The translations under genes and the position numbers were made by a program. 64,000 bases of DNA. Origin: Octopus vulgaris. Its lineage: Eukaryota. The notes beneath the pieces are model-generated. The model saw only the letters and a program-made list of their open reading frames with translations, was not told the DNA's origin and did no database searches. This document shows positions 41,261-55,421 of the stretch, one piece after another; the first letter of the stretch is position 1, and each line of letters opens with the position of its first letter. The stretch covers positions 32,984,001 through 33,048,000 of the forward strand of contig OX597832.1 in assembly GCA_951406725.2 (NCBI GenBank), in the 5' to 3' direction.

Positions 41261-42694
41261 ACATAAACATTAATTAGCATACTCGTCTAACTTTGTGTGT
41301 GTTGAATTTATACAGACACATGCAGACATATATACATAAATACACGCATATGTATGTATATAATCCTGTTTATGTATCTACCTGCTTATTTGTTTTGTTG
41401 TGTGTATCTATAAATATATATATCTATATATCTATCTATCTATCCATCGCTATCTGTCTGTCTATCTAGACACACAGAGAGACAGACAAAAAGGTAGATA
41501 GATTGATAGATAGATAGACAAGTAGATAGATGGATATATATATATAGGTATGTAGGTGGGTTGGTTGGTAGGTAGGTAGGTAGGTAGGTTGTCAGTCAGA
41601 TGTCTTTGTGTAAGTTCGTGCTTGCGTGTGTGTGTTTCTGTTTGTATATATATATATTTATGTACATGTCTGTCTGCAATGAAGAAAGAATCTACTCGCC
41701 AGATAATATCATATCTTGATGTAGCAGCTTCAAAAACAACTTTCTGTTTTTGTTTTAATATATGAGCCATTGTAATAATGTATTACATTTAAAATGTTTC
41801 CTGTGACATTTCTTTCGAAAATATATACGATACGTCGTTTATTATCAAAGTTATCTCCTTCACAAAATATCATTCATTTGATAAATCGCTAATGTATATG
41901 TACTGTAGGAAAAAACAAAAAAAAAAAGCAAACAAACAAATGAAAAATACGACAACATCGAAATAAGAAAAAGCAACGACGTAAACATTGTGAAAACTGA
42001 AAATGTGTTATATTTTACAACTTTCACTATTCCTTGCAGAAAATTCTACAAGAATGTTCGAACGTAGAGGAAATATATACAAATAAAGAAAAGCATCTTA
42101 ATGGAGGAAAAGAAAGGCTCATGGTTGGGTGGGAGTTCGAATAATGAATAAATATATAAATATGTAAACAAGTAAATAAAATCTGATATCTTTCTGTTGT
42201 CCTTTAGAAGTGTTTTATAATTCGGTACTTTTGATGTGGTACAAAGAAAAGGAAAACAGTTACAAAATAAAGAATTTTCGCAAAGCATTTGATGTATCTC
42301 TTTATATAGGATCATCAGTCCTTGTAGTTAGCAATTAAAAATCTATGCGTCAAAACAAATTTCTATCGAATTCATATCCTTTCTGTTGCCTATTTTCAAT
42401 ACATTTTCAATTATCTGTAGCTAAAATCTGTATATAAAATATTTAATTTACATATTTATGCTTCACGTTACGCTAGCGCTATCTGGCGTCTCCAGATTCT
42501 ATAGGCTTCTGGTTTCTACTCGACTACTTTCTGAAAAATTGATATAAACTGGCGATACTTCGTATATCAGTCACACAATGAGATGTACGATCAGAAACAC
42601 GCATGCGCACTCACACACAGACATACTCTTATATGTTGATAAACAGATCGATATACTGGAATTTATGTCCTTATATGTATGTATGCTTGTATAT

Positions 42695-42759
<65 letters not shown>

Positions 42760-42841
42760 GTGTGCGCATTGTATATAGTATGTATGTATTCGTTATAAAT
42801 ACATAAATATATACATATATTCCTTTCCACATGGATGAATG

Positions 42842-42895
<54 letters not shown>

Positions 42896-43352
42896 CATAT
42901 GTTTATATGTGTGTGTGTGCTAACAATATTACTTAGATTAATGAAGGACTCCATGTAATAGTTTGGTAGTGTCCTCCCTCATGATTCATCACGATTCTAT
43001 ATTGTAAATCCGTAGACGTGTTCCAGACAAACTGGTTTTTACAGTGATATATAATAGACAAGTGAAAGTAATGGTCACTACGTCTAACTCCTTTATTAAA
43101 GCAAATTTGGCTTACAGGTGTTCCCAGTAGTCATTATAGATAGGTTTACTCAATTGGTTTATTGGTAACATTAATTGTGGATAAGTTTACACCATTGGTT
43201 TATTGGTATCATTAATTTTTTTAGATATTTCACTTTATCTTACCCAATTGAGGTAAATTGAAAGTCCTAAGAAAATTAATGATACCTTCGCCAGAGTCAT
43301 TGCTGGGGATTTTTTAACTTGTCTATTATATATATATGTATATATATATATG

Positions 43353-43412
<60 letters not shown>

Positions 43413-43418
43413 TATGTC

Positions 43419-43462
<44 letters not shown>

Positions 43463-43589
43463 CATACTGATAAAAAGTGAACATGGGGGAAAACAGCATA
43501 ACACCGTGTATGTAGGATATGCCAGAATGAAGAAATCCTACGTAAAGTCAAAGCCTTCTTGAAATGTCATAGATTGGTGTTGGTGAAGC

Positions 43590-44090
43590 AAATAGCGTTA
43601 AACGCGCCCACATGTGTTCAAAAATTCCATGAAATTAAACAAGGAATTAGACCAAAAATTTTGAAGGAAATTTAAAGAGCTCAATTTATGAAAAGATACT
43701 TACCTGCAGCAAACCGGATATTTTTGAAAAAATCCAGTCCTAGTCTGACTGAAACTACAATCGAACAACTTGTACTTGCAAAAGGGATCAGCGAGGAGTT
43801 GCGGGAGATGTTTTGCGAAGAACTAAATTACAAAGAAAACTTAGAAGGATTTCTCAGGGGAAAAAAAATCTCCAATTAGATTTCTACACAAATTTGGAAC
43901 ACCGAAAAAGCAAGATATAGTAGGCATCGATGAGGTAGAAATGGGATGATTAGCTGCGTATCAGGAAGATGTGCGGACAGTTGCTGATACGAGATACAAG
44001 CAATTTCAACAGAAGTAGTTAATAAATTGTGAATTTGGTATGAGAATCTCAAAGGCAGGGAGCGGTGAAAAGTCCCTTGGCTCGGGTGTG
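43590..44090 (+). pseudogene. Possible mariner-like transposase relic
   Basis: TIEQL..GISE..E.F.EEL..K loosely resembles the mariner second HTH region; GGTGAAAAGTCCCTTGGCT resembles a mariner-type terminal sequence. Weak. Confidence 0.25.
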
Positions 44091-44784
44091 CATAAAGAAT
44101 GTCCAAATTAGACTGTTTCAAATTAGAAAAGGCCACTGAGGCAGAATACCATACAAAGTCGGAATATTGTTTTGAAGGAAACACGCTCTAACTGTGTTTG
44201 ATCTAAAACCGATGTAAGATCAACAACATCCCAGATGGGGGAGAGGAATTCTATATTGACGTTTTAACTTAACATTTTTACGGTTAATTGTTCTTGAAAG
44301 CTGAAAGGTTTGCTTCAAATTCTGGAAGAATTATTTGAGCAACCACAATAATATTGCTGTATGTCCCAGGGAGTCGTTTTATATCCAAGAAACTTTCTTC
44401 ATATCAGAATTTTATAATCACCCGATTTTACACAAAGAATATCAATTCTATCATATTTTATTTTGCTTTTGTTTTCTTTCGTTTTGTGGTTTGTTTTATA
44501 TTAAAGATACAAATAAAATTAATTTATCAGTCGACGTTGCGAAAGAATTTACGATGTGAAAATCTCAGGTGGCCTCAAACTGTAATGAATCAGCTCATAT
44601 AAGAAGATGCAGCTATTTTGAAAAGTGACAAACGGACTCGTATACGATATTTAATGTATGAAATGGCGTTTTATTCTATATCACCGGATATATCAATGTA
44701 AATATATCGTAATACTTTTGTAATAATTCGCTATATCTAGGTATCTCTGAAATTGCGTGTGTGTATATATATGTGTGTGTGTGT

Positions 44785-45036
44785 GAGCTCTGTACAGGGC
44801 GTTGTGAGTGTTTATTGAGCGAAAACACCTAAAGCTCCACAAAGCTCCGGCAGGGGGTGGTGGCAATCCCTGCTGTACTCGTTCGCCGTAACTTCCTCTC
44901 ACACTTTCTTCTGTTGGCCTGCTCGCTTAGCCAGCGGGCTGGCGTCATTTGAAGGCTAAAAGGATGCGAAGCGCATTGTGACCAGCGATGTGTAGCAACA
45001 TCTGATAGCCTGGTCGGTCACGGTGATCACGGTGAT
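44785..45036 (+). repeat. GC-rich unclassified interspersed element ending in tandem CACGGTGAT
   Basis: Sharp GC-rich island between (TG)n and (TA)n, ending GTCACGGTGATCACGGTGAT, suggestive of a retroposon tail. Single copy in the window. Confidence 0.4.
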
Positions 45037-45183
45037 ATATATATGTATAAGTTCAGTAAAAAATTAGATTCAGTTAATTATGGTACTTGAGTTAAAGGCA
45101 CCAGAATTTGGTATGGTATTATCCATATAATTCAAAATGTGGTGATTATAATAAAAATAAGCAAGAAGGATATTCAAAGGTAT

Positions 45184-45271
45184 TGCAGTACGATCGTTTC
45201 ATGCGACTTCATTTAATTAAACAATGCAAGTATTACAACAGTTTTAAAATGTAGAGCAATCTTCAGCTGCA
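45184..45271 (-). ncRNA. Type I hammerhead ribozyme-like motif of Penelope type
   Basis: Minus strand: TGCAG-CTGAAGA-TTGC..(about 50 nt)..GCAT-GAAA-CGATCG-TA-CTGCA. Perfect 5-bp stem I, intact core, palindromic stem III/loop, GUA cleavage triplet. Confidence 0.65.
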
Positions 45272-46393
45272 TATAAACATAACATTTTAGTTAAATTGAA
45301 AAGATTCATTTTTATACTTATTCCATTTACCAACATCACAAAGAGGGAAAGTAGATAGACAGAGAAACCAGTTTCATCAACAGAAAAATGGTAGTAGTTA
45401 ATATTTATTCACGGTTATACTGCTTATCACTGATTTTACTTTGCTATTTAGATTTACTATTGGGGGAGGGGGTTTAATATTATTCTATTAAGTGTACGGA
45501 GACTTAAAGGGTGCTTATCAAAGTTAAAGGTAGATTTTTTATACGAGGACTCTGTTTGTTATATCATTGTTCGAACTTGTTTGTCGTTGAAATAATTAGA
45601 ACTTTATTTTGTCTTATAATTCATTGATAGAATTTCTGAGGCCAGATCATTACAACAAATTATGGATCTCCTGACATACCAATCAAATGAGAAATTTGAA
45701 TCAGGATGTATGAAGGGGCATGTTAAAAGAATATGAAAGTATTCAGAATCCCGGAAATTTTACAGGTTAATTTTCGATCAAAACGCATCGAATTTAAAGA
45801 GTACTCTAGGCAACAATCGTCGTGTTCTGCCAACAGATTCGATTACATATATAAATGTTTGTGTATATGTGGGTGTATATCTCTGTGTATGTGTGTGTCA
45901 GTATATCTCTGCGTGCGTGCGTGTGCGCTCGCGTGCGTGTATTTGGTTGTGTTCTAACATTCATGAATGTTTCTTCACTGTAGCTTAGGTCAGAATGCAT
46001 TCACTCCTTACCATACCCACATCCGGTTCGATAATGTTCTATCTACAGTTTTGTTCCTCTCTCTCTCTTTCTCTTTCTCTCTCTCTCTCTCACACACTCT
46101 TTCTCTCTCTTTCTCTCCCAATATCTCTGTTACTCTTTATCTCATTCTCTCTCTTTGTTTTTCTTTCCCTCTCTCTCATTGTTTTTGCTATTCCTTTGAA
46201 TTTATCAGTTTAAAAATGAACGACTAAAACAAATTACCATCAACCAGAAAATGTCTGAAGCAAATTAACCAAGCGCAGATAAAAAAAAAAAAAAGAAATC
46301 TAAGAAAAAATTAGATTCCGGCCGACGAAAACTAATCGATAATTTTTCACTCGATCCTAAATCACTCTATAATGCAGTTCACTATTATTATTA

Positions 46394-46434
<41 letters not shown>

Positions 46435-46632
46435 TCTATTTTTCGGATTGCTGTTGTTGTTGTTATTGACGTTGTTCATATTGCTATTGGTTGTGGTTGT
46501 GGCGGTAGTGCTGGTGGTACAGGTGGATGTGTTGGTAATGAAGTTGATGTTGGTTTTGTTGTGGTAGTACATGTTGCTTCTCCTGCATTTACTGCTTTTT
46601 AATATCATTTTTTCTTCGTCTAATTATTATTA

Positions 46633-46689
<57 letters not shown>

Positions 46690-47167
46690 GTATCATTATT
46701 ATCATTAGTTTCTTTTGTAAATATTTTATTTCTCTTCACAGAAGTGAGTTAGAAAAAAACATTGTTATATTGTTTCCTTATTACATTTTTATCATTATTT
46801 TCTCTCTTTGACTTTTCTTTTTTCTTTTTTTTTTCTCGTTTCGGTGACGCGTTTCCGAAAAAAGGTCAACGTTTATGAATACGATTCGCAGTAAAGCTAA
46901 TCTGAATTATAGCAAAGACCTAAAGAATTCGAAATTAAATTAAATAATCACTTATAATAGACCGTTTCCAGAGATAAGCAAGTTTGAAGAATACAGCATT
47001 CAAACGGTAACAATTATTGCATACATGCTTGACAAAGGCCGGCACATTTCAAGGTTAAAGGGATATGCGAAAAGCGGTCAACGGGAATTTAATTAAAAAA
47101 ATAAGAAAAATTTAAAATCGGAAGAATAAAAAGAAACAAGAAATAATGCATAAGTACATGTTTACAT

Positions 47168-47216
<49 letters not shown>

Positions 47217-47221
47217 CACAT

Positions 47222-47257
<36 letters not shown>

Positions 47258-47309
47258 GCACATAGATATATATACATATATACATGCATACACATATATA
47301 CATATAGGC

Positions 47310-47346
<37 letters not shown>

Positions 47347-47405
47347 GTGTATGTGTATATATATAATATATATATTTGTATTTATGCAACTATATACATA
47401 CATGC

Positions 47406-47449
<44 letters not shown>

Positions 47450-48261
47450 AATGCACGTATACATTCGACAAGTTGTTTTTTTACGGCGTAGATATAAGGG
47501 AATGAATGGGCAAAATTGATGTTAATGTAACAGAAGCAAATATGCATCGAAGCGCGCAGTTATACACGCTTAAATCTACAGTCACACACACCCACAGACA
47601 CGCATTTATATTTGCATGAATATGCACATATATCTATTATATATATGTGTGTGTGTGTGAGTGTGTGTGTCTATCGGAGTGTGTGTCTGTCTGTATCTAT
47701 GTAAGGTTGTGCGCATTACAGTGAATATGTTAAATGAAAATCGTTTGAGGAATTTCTATAACGAAAATTGATTTCCCGTTTTTCGTTTTCTCAGCAACAG
47801 GGTATACACAACTATAATAAACCATTCTGTACATATAAACACACACACACACACACACACGCACACACACATGTACATATATTACTCACAGACACAAATA
47901 GAATGAGAGAGTGAGAATGAGAGAGAGATAGATTAATAGATAGATATGAAGACAGGAAAAATATACAAGTGTTTCATCGTTTATATGTCTTTGCATTTTC
48001 TATTTCCCGATGCCTTCTCATAATAGTGTTCCTTAAATATTACTTTGACTTATGTGAAAATATGTACAAGCATCTTTGTATTTAGTCCTTCACAATATAC
48101 ATACATATACACATACATATGTACATATCTTTGATATACATACATACAAACATACATCCATATTATATATACATATACATATATATATATATATATGTCG
48201 GTAATCGAGGTCTCTTTCATTCTTTTCTTGTCTTACCATTTCAATCAATCAATCAATCAAT

Positions 48262-48315
<54 letters not shown>

Positions 48316-48611
48316 TTAGTTCTTTATGTACATAATAATGAGTGTGAGAGCTAATACCATATTTGTTACGTTGACTCTTTCTTCTTCCAGCTATGATCTT
48401 ACGCACAATCAACTTTTATTTTCTGTCTTACAAGAGTTGAATGTGGCCACAACCCGCAGTACGGGCAACATCAATGCCATAAGGGAATCCCTCCTAGACA
48501 CCTATCAGCATAACACGGTCCACTGAGTGGACGCGACATTTTACGTATCCCCACCTTAAAAAATAACACAGCAGCAATCAATTCAGTGGATGATGATACG
48601 CCGATACGTAT

Positions 48612-48840
48612 CTGGCAGAAACGTTAGCACGCCGGGCGAAATGCGTAGCCGTATTCCGTTTGTCGCTACGTTCTGAGTTCAAATTCCGCCGAGGTTGACT
48701 TCGCCTTTCATCCTTTCGGGGTCGATAAATTAAGTACCAGTTACGCACTGGGGTCGATGTAATCGACTTAATCCGTGTGTCTGTCCTTGTTTGTCCTCTC
48801 TCTGTTTAGCCCCTTGTGGGTAGTAAAGAAATAGAAATAG
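48612..48840 (+). mobile_element. SINE family B, slightly 5'-truncated, with target-site duplication
   Basis: Body highly similar to 2960-3191. Direct repeat GATACGTATCTGG at 48603-48615 and 48840-48852. Confidence 0.9.
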
Positions 48841-49020
48841 ATACGTATCTGGGAGGGATTCTCTTATCGCATTGCTATTGCCCTTGTTGCAGGTGGTGGC
48901 CACATTGGACAGTCGTAAGACAGGAAATAAAAGTTGATTGTGTTTAAATACTTGTGAATCAGTATTGCTTTTCCTTGTTTAAGTATTGCATAATGAAATC
49001 GGTACATTCTTTCTGAATAG

Positions 49021-49089
<69 letters not shown>

Positions 49090-49833
49090 CATATAATTAT
49101 GAATGTGTGCGTATGTATGTATGTGTGTGTGTGCAATTGTATCTACGCGTGTGTAAATTTTACATACACACACAGCCACACATATTCAAAAGTACAGAAG
49201 GTAAGTATGCGTAAGAGATAAGTAGATGTGCGTGTGTGCGTGTTGGGTTTTTGTGTGTGTGTGTGTGTGTGTGTACGTGTCTGTGTGTGTTGTGTGTGTG
49301 TGTGTGTGTGTGTGTTTGTGGTAGAGTGAGAGAATTCATTTCTCTGTGTCCAACATCTGCGCAGTCTCTCTCGCCAGACCGATACCCAGTTTGAGGTTCT
49401 AATTAATAACGAAATGAATGAAATCACACATCACATCAGTGTTACATGCAAATACAAAATGCGACTTTTATCTAAAATATAGGAATATAATTATATATAA
49501 ACAACAAAGAAAAAAATCTAGAAACGAAATATAAAATATAATAGAAAATGAAAGAAAGTAAATCTTTTCTCAGTACTTTACAAGTTAATCAATGTCGGAG
49601 AATTAACAAAGTGAAAACACAAAGTAACCAGACTGCACTGAGTAAGATGATGAAATTAATTTAAAATTTAACGAAGATAAAGAATATAATTGTTACAAAT
49701 CTAATTGATATAATTGAAATATTTTTATGCTTGTTGATTATTGATGTACAGATACGTTGATACACACACACACACGCGTACTTTTATATGTTGATATAAG
49801 TATATGAATATATGTAGGTATGCATGCGTGTAC

Positions 49834-49904
<71 letters not shown>

Positions 49905-50080
49905 AAATTACTTACATATGTATGTAAGTATGTATATATGAAGTTAGGAACGTTAGTGTTGGAAACTAGCTTTGTAACGCATTAGAAATACTTAAAATTT
50001 AAAATAAAAAGACATTAAGCTGAAACTCATTCGTGTATTTAATGAAGCTTGTTTAAGAGACACTTTTCCACAGGTTATAT

Positions 50081-50152
<72 letters not shown>

Positions 50153-50392
50153 ACACATATATATATTTCATCAAGATACCCTTGGCCTGAAGTGTAGCCT
50201 ACGTTATGCACCTCGCTTGGATATTTACCACTTCCGAGGTTCCGCTCACTATGATACATATGTAGCCCGGATATTATCTCCTTCATCCCTTGTATATTTG
50301 TGTATATTTGTGTGTGCGTTAAATAAAATGCGACAAGACCAAGTCTGTGTGGATCCGTGTGTGTTTGTGTGCGTGTGTGTGTGCGTCTCTGT

Positions 50393-50540
50393 GTGTTTGG
50401 AGAAGGGGAGAGAGACAAAAAGAGAAAAGGGAAAATAAAAATAAAAATAAATGTAAAAATAAAAATATTTTTATTTTTATATTTATTTTTATTTTTATTT
50501 TCCCTTTTCTCTTTTTGTCTCTCACCCCTTCTCCAAACAC
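50393..50540. repeat. Near-perfect spacerless palindrome (74-bp arms)
   Basis: Centre between 50466 and 50467, two mismatches. Pairing continues imperfectly into the flanking (TG)n/(CA)n. Confidence 0.9.
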
Positions 50541-51187
50541 AAAGACACACACGCACACACGGACACACAGAGACACACACACATACACACCTCCACAAAA
50601 CGATCATACAAAGTATGACCCCAAATGACATTTGTCCATCCCCAAATTCATAAAAGGTGTAAGTTCTGGCCAGCCTACCCCACCAACACACACTCAGTGA
50701 CACCAGAATGGACAGAGAGCTAAAATTCTTAGAAAACCCTAGGGGGTCCAGCAGGCCAAAGGAAATCCTTCTTCTTCCCTCTCCCCTCCCCTTTTTTTCT
50801 CTTTAGCCTCAGATACAAACGCGCACACACACACACACACACGCGCACACACACATACACACATACACACACACACACATACATACATACATGTTCTCTC
50901 TCTCACTTCCTCCTCACCCACCTCACCCTCTTATACTGTCTTGTTCGTCCCCACTACTACGAAACTCTATAAAATGATCAAATTCCCCACAAAGGGATTA
51001 ATTTGATTTGAAAACCCCACTGGAATGGGAGAAAGCGCTAATAATCCGAATGATATGATCTGAATGATATGATATATATATGTAAAAAATGTAATATATA
51101 AATAAATATCTATAAATATGAACCATCCGATCTTCTGATTACCTCATTTCTTCTAATATATAATACCTGTACATCATCTCCAAACCT

Positions 51188-51238
<51 letters not shown>

Positions 51239-52500
51239 CACATACACATATATATATGTGTGTGTTTGCGTGTGTGTGCATGCGTGTGTGTGATTGTGTA
51301 CTTGTATACTAGTGACTTGTGTGTTTGTATGTTTGTGTGTGTATGTATGTGATTACAAAATTCCATTTAGCAGACTCTGTTATTGTTTGTACATTTTGCA
51401 CCCGAAATATGACAACCTAGAGATTCGTCCAAATGTAAGTCAACAAATCTTAAGCAATTTGGAATGGCATTATAGTGCAAAATTTATCCTATGCCTACAT
51501 TAACAACACACGGTTTTTTATTGTAGTTTTGCTTAGATGTTTATTCCATGGCGACTCTTAAGAAATCCTTAGACTAAGTCTTTTCACTTCAGTGTACTAT
51601 TTCCTTTGCTGACATCAGACTCCATTTTCTGAAGTGTAAACACTTCTATTCGAGAGCACTTTATTTGGTGCCATTTCTAGCATGCTGTGTTCCGTTCAGC
51701 TTACATAAGATTATTATGACATTTGACTCCAAACACTCCAGCCGTCACCGTCCCTTCAATATTGTGTTTGTGTAAGATCAGATTCACTACGATGGCCTTC
51801 GTTTTCAATTCAATACATTTTTAATCGAGGGTATTTACTTGCTGTTTCTCGTATTTCCAGCGAACGCTGTGGTTCTCTCTTTTATGCATGAAAATAAATG
51901 TATTGACAGCGTGCAATCGAATATATGGATTGGGAAAATTTGTTATTGCGTCTGTGAAAGGATATTTCCGTTTTGAGTTACTTCCCTTTCCGATCGCATT
52001 TAAAACATGTTCTTTTTTCTCCCATTTTTGCGAGGTGGATAACCTAAGGAAAAATTGAATTTTGGGGAAAGGGACTGTAGAATTGACCCACAAGATTGCT
52101 AAATTTAATAACCAGATACGTGACTTCAAAAGCAATATTTTACATACGACTCATTCCTTAACTCTCATTCACGTGTTCTGTTCCTCAGCTACTTAGAATA
52201 TCCTCTCTCCCTCTCACTCGCCCTATCACGCCCTCACGCCCTTTATTCTATCTGTCTATGTATCCATCAGTAACTTAGGATACTTATATTCAAATTTGTA
52301 TCATTATATAATGTGACATCACAATAAATGTACGTAAAGCTCTTTGTTAACCATCGCAGGCATTAGCCTTGGTCCTGTACAGAGAATATGCACCGTTCCT
52401 TGTTGAGCCAGGAAGGATGTTAAAGCTCTTAACTATGTATGTGTGCGTGCGTGAGAGAGAGAGAGAGAGAGTGGGGCAAAATGTGTGTGTGCGCGTGTGT

Positions 52501-52548
<48 letters not shown>

Positions 52549-53209
52549 CTTTGAAAACAGAGCGGGAGAGAGATAAAGAATGAGTGTGACCAACGCAATA
52601 CTGTTATTGTTTTCGTGAACGTCATCTATGAATATCGTCCATCGTCAGTTACTTTCGGACAACTGTTCAGAGGAGGAAGAACAAATCATCTCCCCTTTGT
52701 ACAATTTCTTAAACTCGGCGAATAAAAGAAACGAACAGACCAGAAAACAAGGTTTTCTGTTGCAGCGGAAGAAAGCGGATCAATTTATGAGTTTCTTTTC
52801 TTTCATTGACATGAAGCCTTTCATGATTGCTTGCTTGCAGCTCAGTTAAACACACCCAAGATCCAGATGGAGGTGATAAACAAAGCGATGGTTTTGGTCT
52901 AGCACTTATTATGGTAGTAAATCACTTAATATCAATATCACTGGTGGTTAGATTGTGGTAAGTCCTTCTAATACGATACCGTTGGTTCCGTTTCACGGCC
53001 AATACTGTTGTGAAATGAAAAAGGAGAAGAGAAGAGAAAAGCACAACAAACAAATCATTGAAGCTATTAGCTTGGTTTAACTTTTCAGTTATTTGTTTCC
53101 CTTATCTTCCTACTTTACTCTCTGTCAGTCTTGAAAGAAAATATCCATTTGCAATAAATGTTTGTAGCCAATAATGATGTCCATTGGTACACACACACAC
53201 GCGAACACA

Positions 53210-53248
<39 letters not shown>

Positions 53249-54110
53249 ACACACACACACACACACTAAGTTATCTGTACGGAAGTTTTCGCTGCAGTGG
53301 CTTCTAATTGCAAAGCACGCTGTTTCAACATCACTGGAAAAGATTTACTGATGCTGTTCACTAACAGTACAAACACACACACACACATCAGCGCACACAC
53401 AGGCACAGAAGCCCATACACATGCACTCGTGCAAACCTACACACGCACACACACACATACACACACCAACATGACAGACATATCTCTGCTGCCTTCGAGA
53501 CTTATAATTGATAAACCTGACGAAGATATCCAAAATATATTGAAATTTACGCCTCGTTTTCTACGCGCTGCTGCTGCTGCGGCTCCTGCTGCTGACCTTC
53601 TCTCTTCGTCCAACAGTCGATTCCTGCTAAAGATTTATCTTATTACTTGCAAATACAACGACGTGACGTAGTAAAACCGACTATTTATGTTGTGCTGTTC
53701 AAAAGAACTGCAAGGAATTTTATGGATCACAATTTCAGTGCTAGAACAAATATTTAAGGGAATAACCTGATGGTGCTTACTCAGTGTTAAACAAAAAAAA
53801 TCCTACGCATGCAAAATAACTAGAGGCTTCATACTGATTGATGCTTGCTAGAAATATCAAATGCTGCAATTTTGGACGAAGCAGGACAAGAGGAGATGTG
53901 TGGGATGGAGGTCCCATGATGTTTGTTGAACGATTTCCAGACACAGGACATACAATAAGAACAATAATAAAAGAAATCTGAAGCGGAGAACGAATATGAA
54001 ATACGCGTGTTTCTTTAGAAAAAAATATGACCATCCGAAAAATAACAATATCTGTTTCAACACACGATTTCACATCAGGAATCTTACAAAACAAATACAT
54101 AAAGCATAAA

Positions 54111-54160
<50 letters not shown>

Positions 54161-54161
<1 letters not shown>

Positions 54162-54673
54162 TAGCAGTATCGCCCGGCGTTGCTCGGGTTTGTAAGGGAA
54201 ATAACTATATAAGCATTTTTAGAGAGTTACTTCCCTTATAGATGCCAATTCGGGCTTTCTTAGCCATTTCTGTTTTGGTGTCTTCAAGCCATGAAGTCGT
54301 TGTTCTAAAAGAACGCTGGTCTCCTTGATAACGCTTTACGACGTTGATTTCCTTACACTCCCTTCCCCACAGCTTCACGAGGGAGGGAAGAAGGGGGAGA
54401 AGCAAACAGGTGCAGGTGTGACCATGGACGCCAACTCCGCCGCCATCGACACACGAAAAATTATGCATTAAAATGGAATAAAATATGATGTTAAATTATT
54501 TTTAAAATCGTAGACTCATCGTAGACGCGCGCTAATACTCAGACGGGCTCGATATGAATCACGACTATAAGATACCCGAATTTGGTTAAACTGCACCGCA
54601 AAATGTGGGAGTAGTTAGGAATCTAAATCGAAGGGGACAGACACTCACACAACTACAGTTTTATATATATAGA
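54161..54673 (-). mobile_element. Non-autonomous Helitron, complete
   Basis: Minus strand begins TC and ends CTAG, inserted between A and T, with subterminal GC-rich hairpin CCCGAGCAACGCCGGG (54173-54188) 8 nt before CTAG. No target-site duplication. Confidence 0.8.
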
Positions 54674-55421
54674 TATCTGACACCAGACTGTTGTGAATAC
54701 GAAGAAAAGCTCAGTGGTAACCCATCGCCATCCGTGAGATCGCTTAAATATATCGGCCGTATACCTAGTAAATGACTGTTACCCTATAACCTAAGATATC
54801 TCTATACAAAGGATATTGTTTCGGGTTGACTTCCAAAGTTTAACGTGATGATCTGTCAGCAAAAATATTCAAACAGTTCTCTCATATTTTGAGGATTCTT
54901 AGAGTTATGATTTCTACGGTGTTCTGTCAGTTTTTGTGGCGTTGTGATTTGACTCCGGGCGATTAGGCTGCTGTCTTTTAAATTGTTCGTTTGGTTGTAA
55001 ATCTATAAACTAACGGGCAGTGCGTTTATTGTCCGATTCTCCAGTCGCACATCGTAGAGAGAGAGGTGGGGAGTGAATGAGGCAGAGAGAGGAGGGAGTG
55101 AAGGTGGAAGAGGGAGAGAGAAAGCAAAAGCAGTATACAGAAAGGGTTACTACAGGATGTGCTGGATTAATGCACGGCTAGGTGACAGGCAATGAGTAAG
55201 AAAATGCTACAGCCTCACATACAGTGAGAAGCAAATAATCGCAGAAGAAGAGGTGAAGTAAGAGAGTGGAAGGGGCAGAGTAATTACGGGAGGAATTATG
55301 CTATTGAAAATGTTGCTTTTGTTTCACTTTATGCAACTCAAAAACATTTCCAATATTTGTATTCACTTCATTGTTTTGCAGAAATACCGGGAAACATGAT
55401 TAAAATAAATTAATATTAATA

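Noticed and set aside
49175-49206. Consensus splice donor AAG|GTAAGT
   Set aside because: No convincing upstream acceptor or coding frame; it sits among microsatellites.
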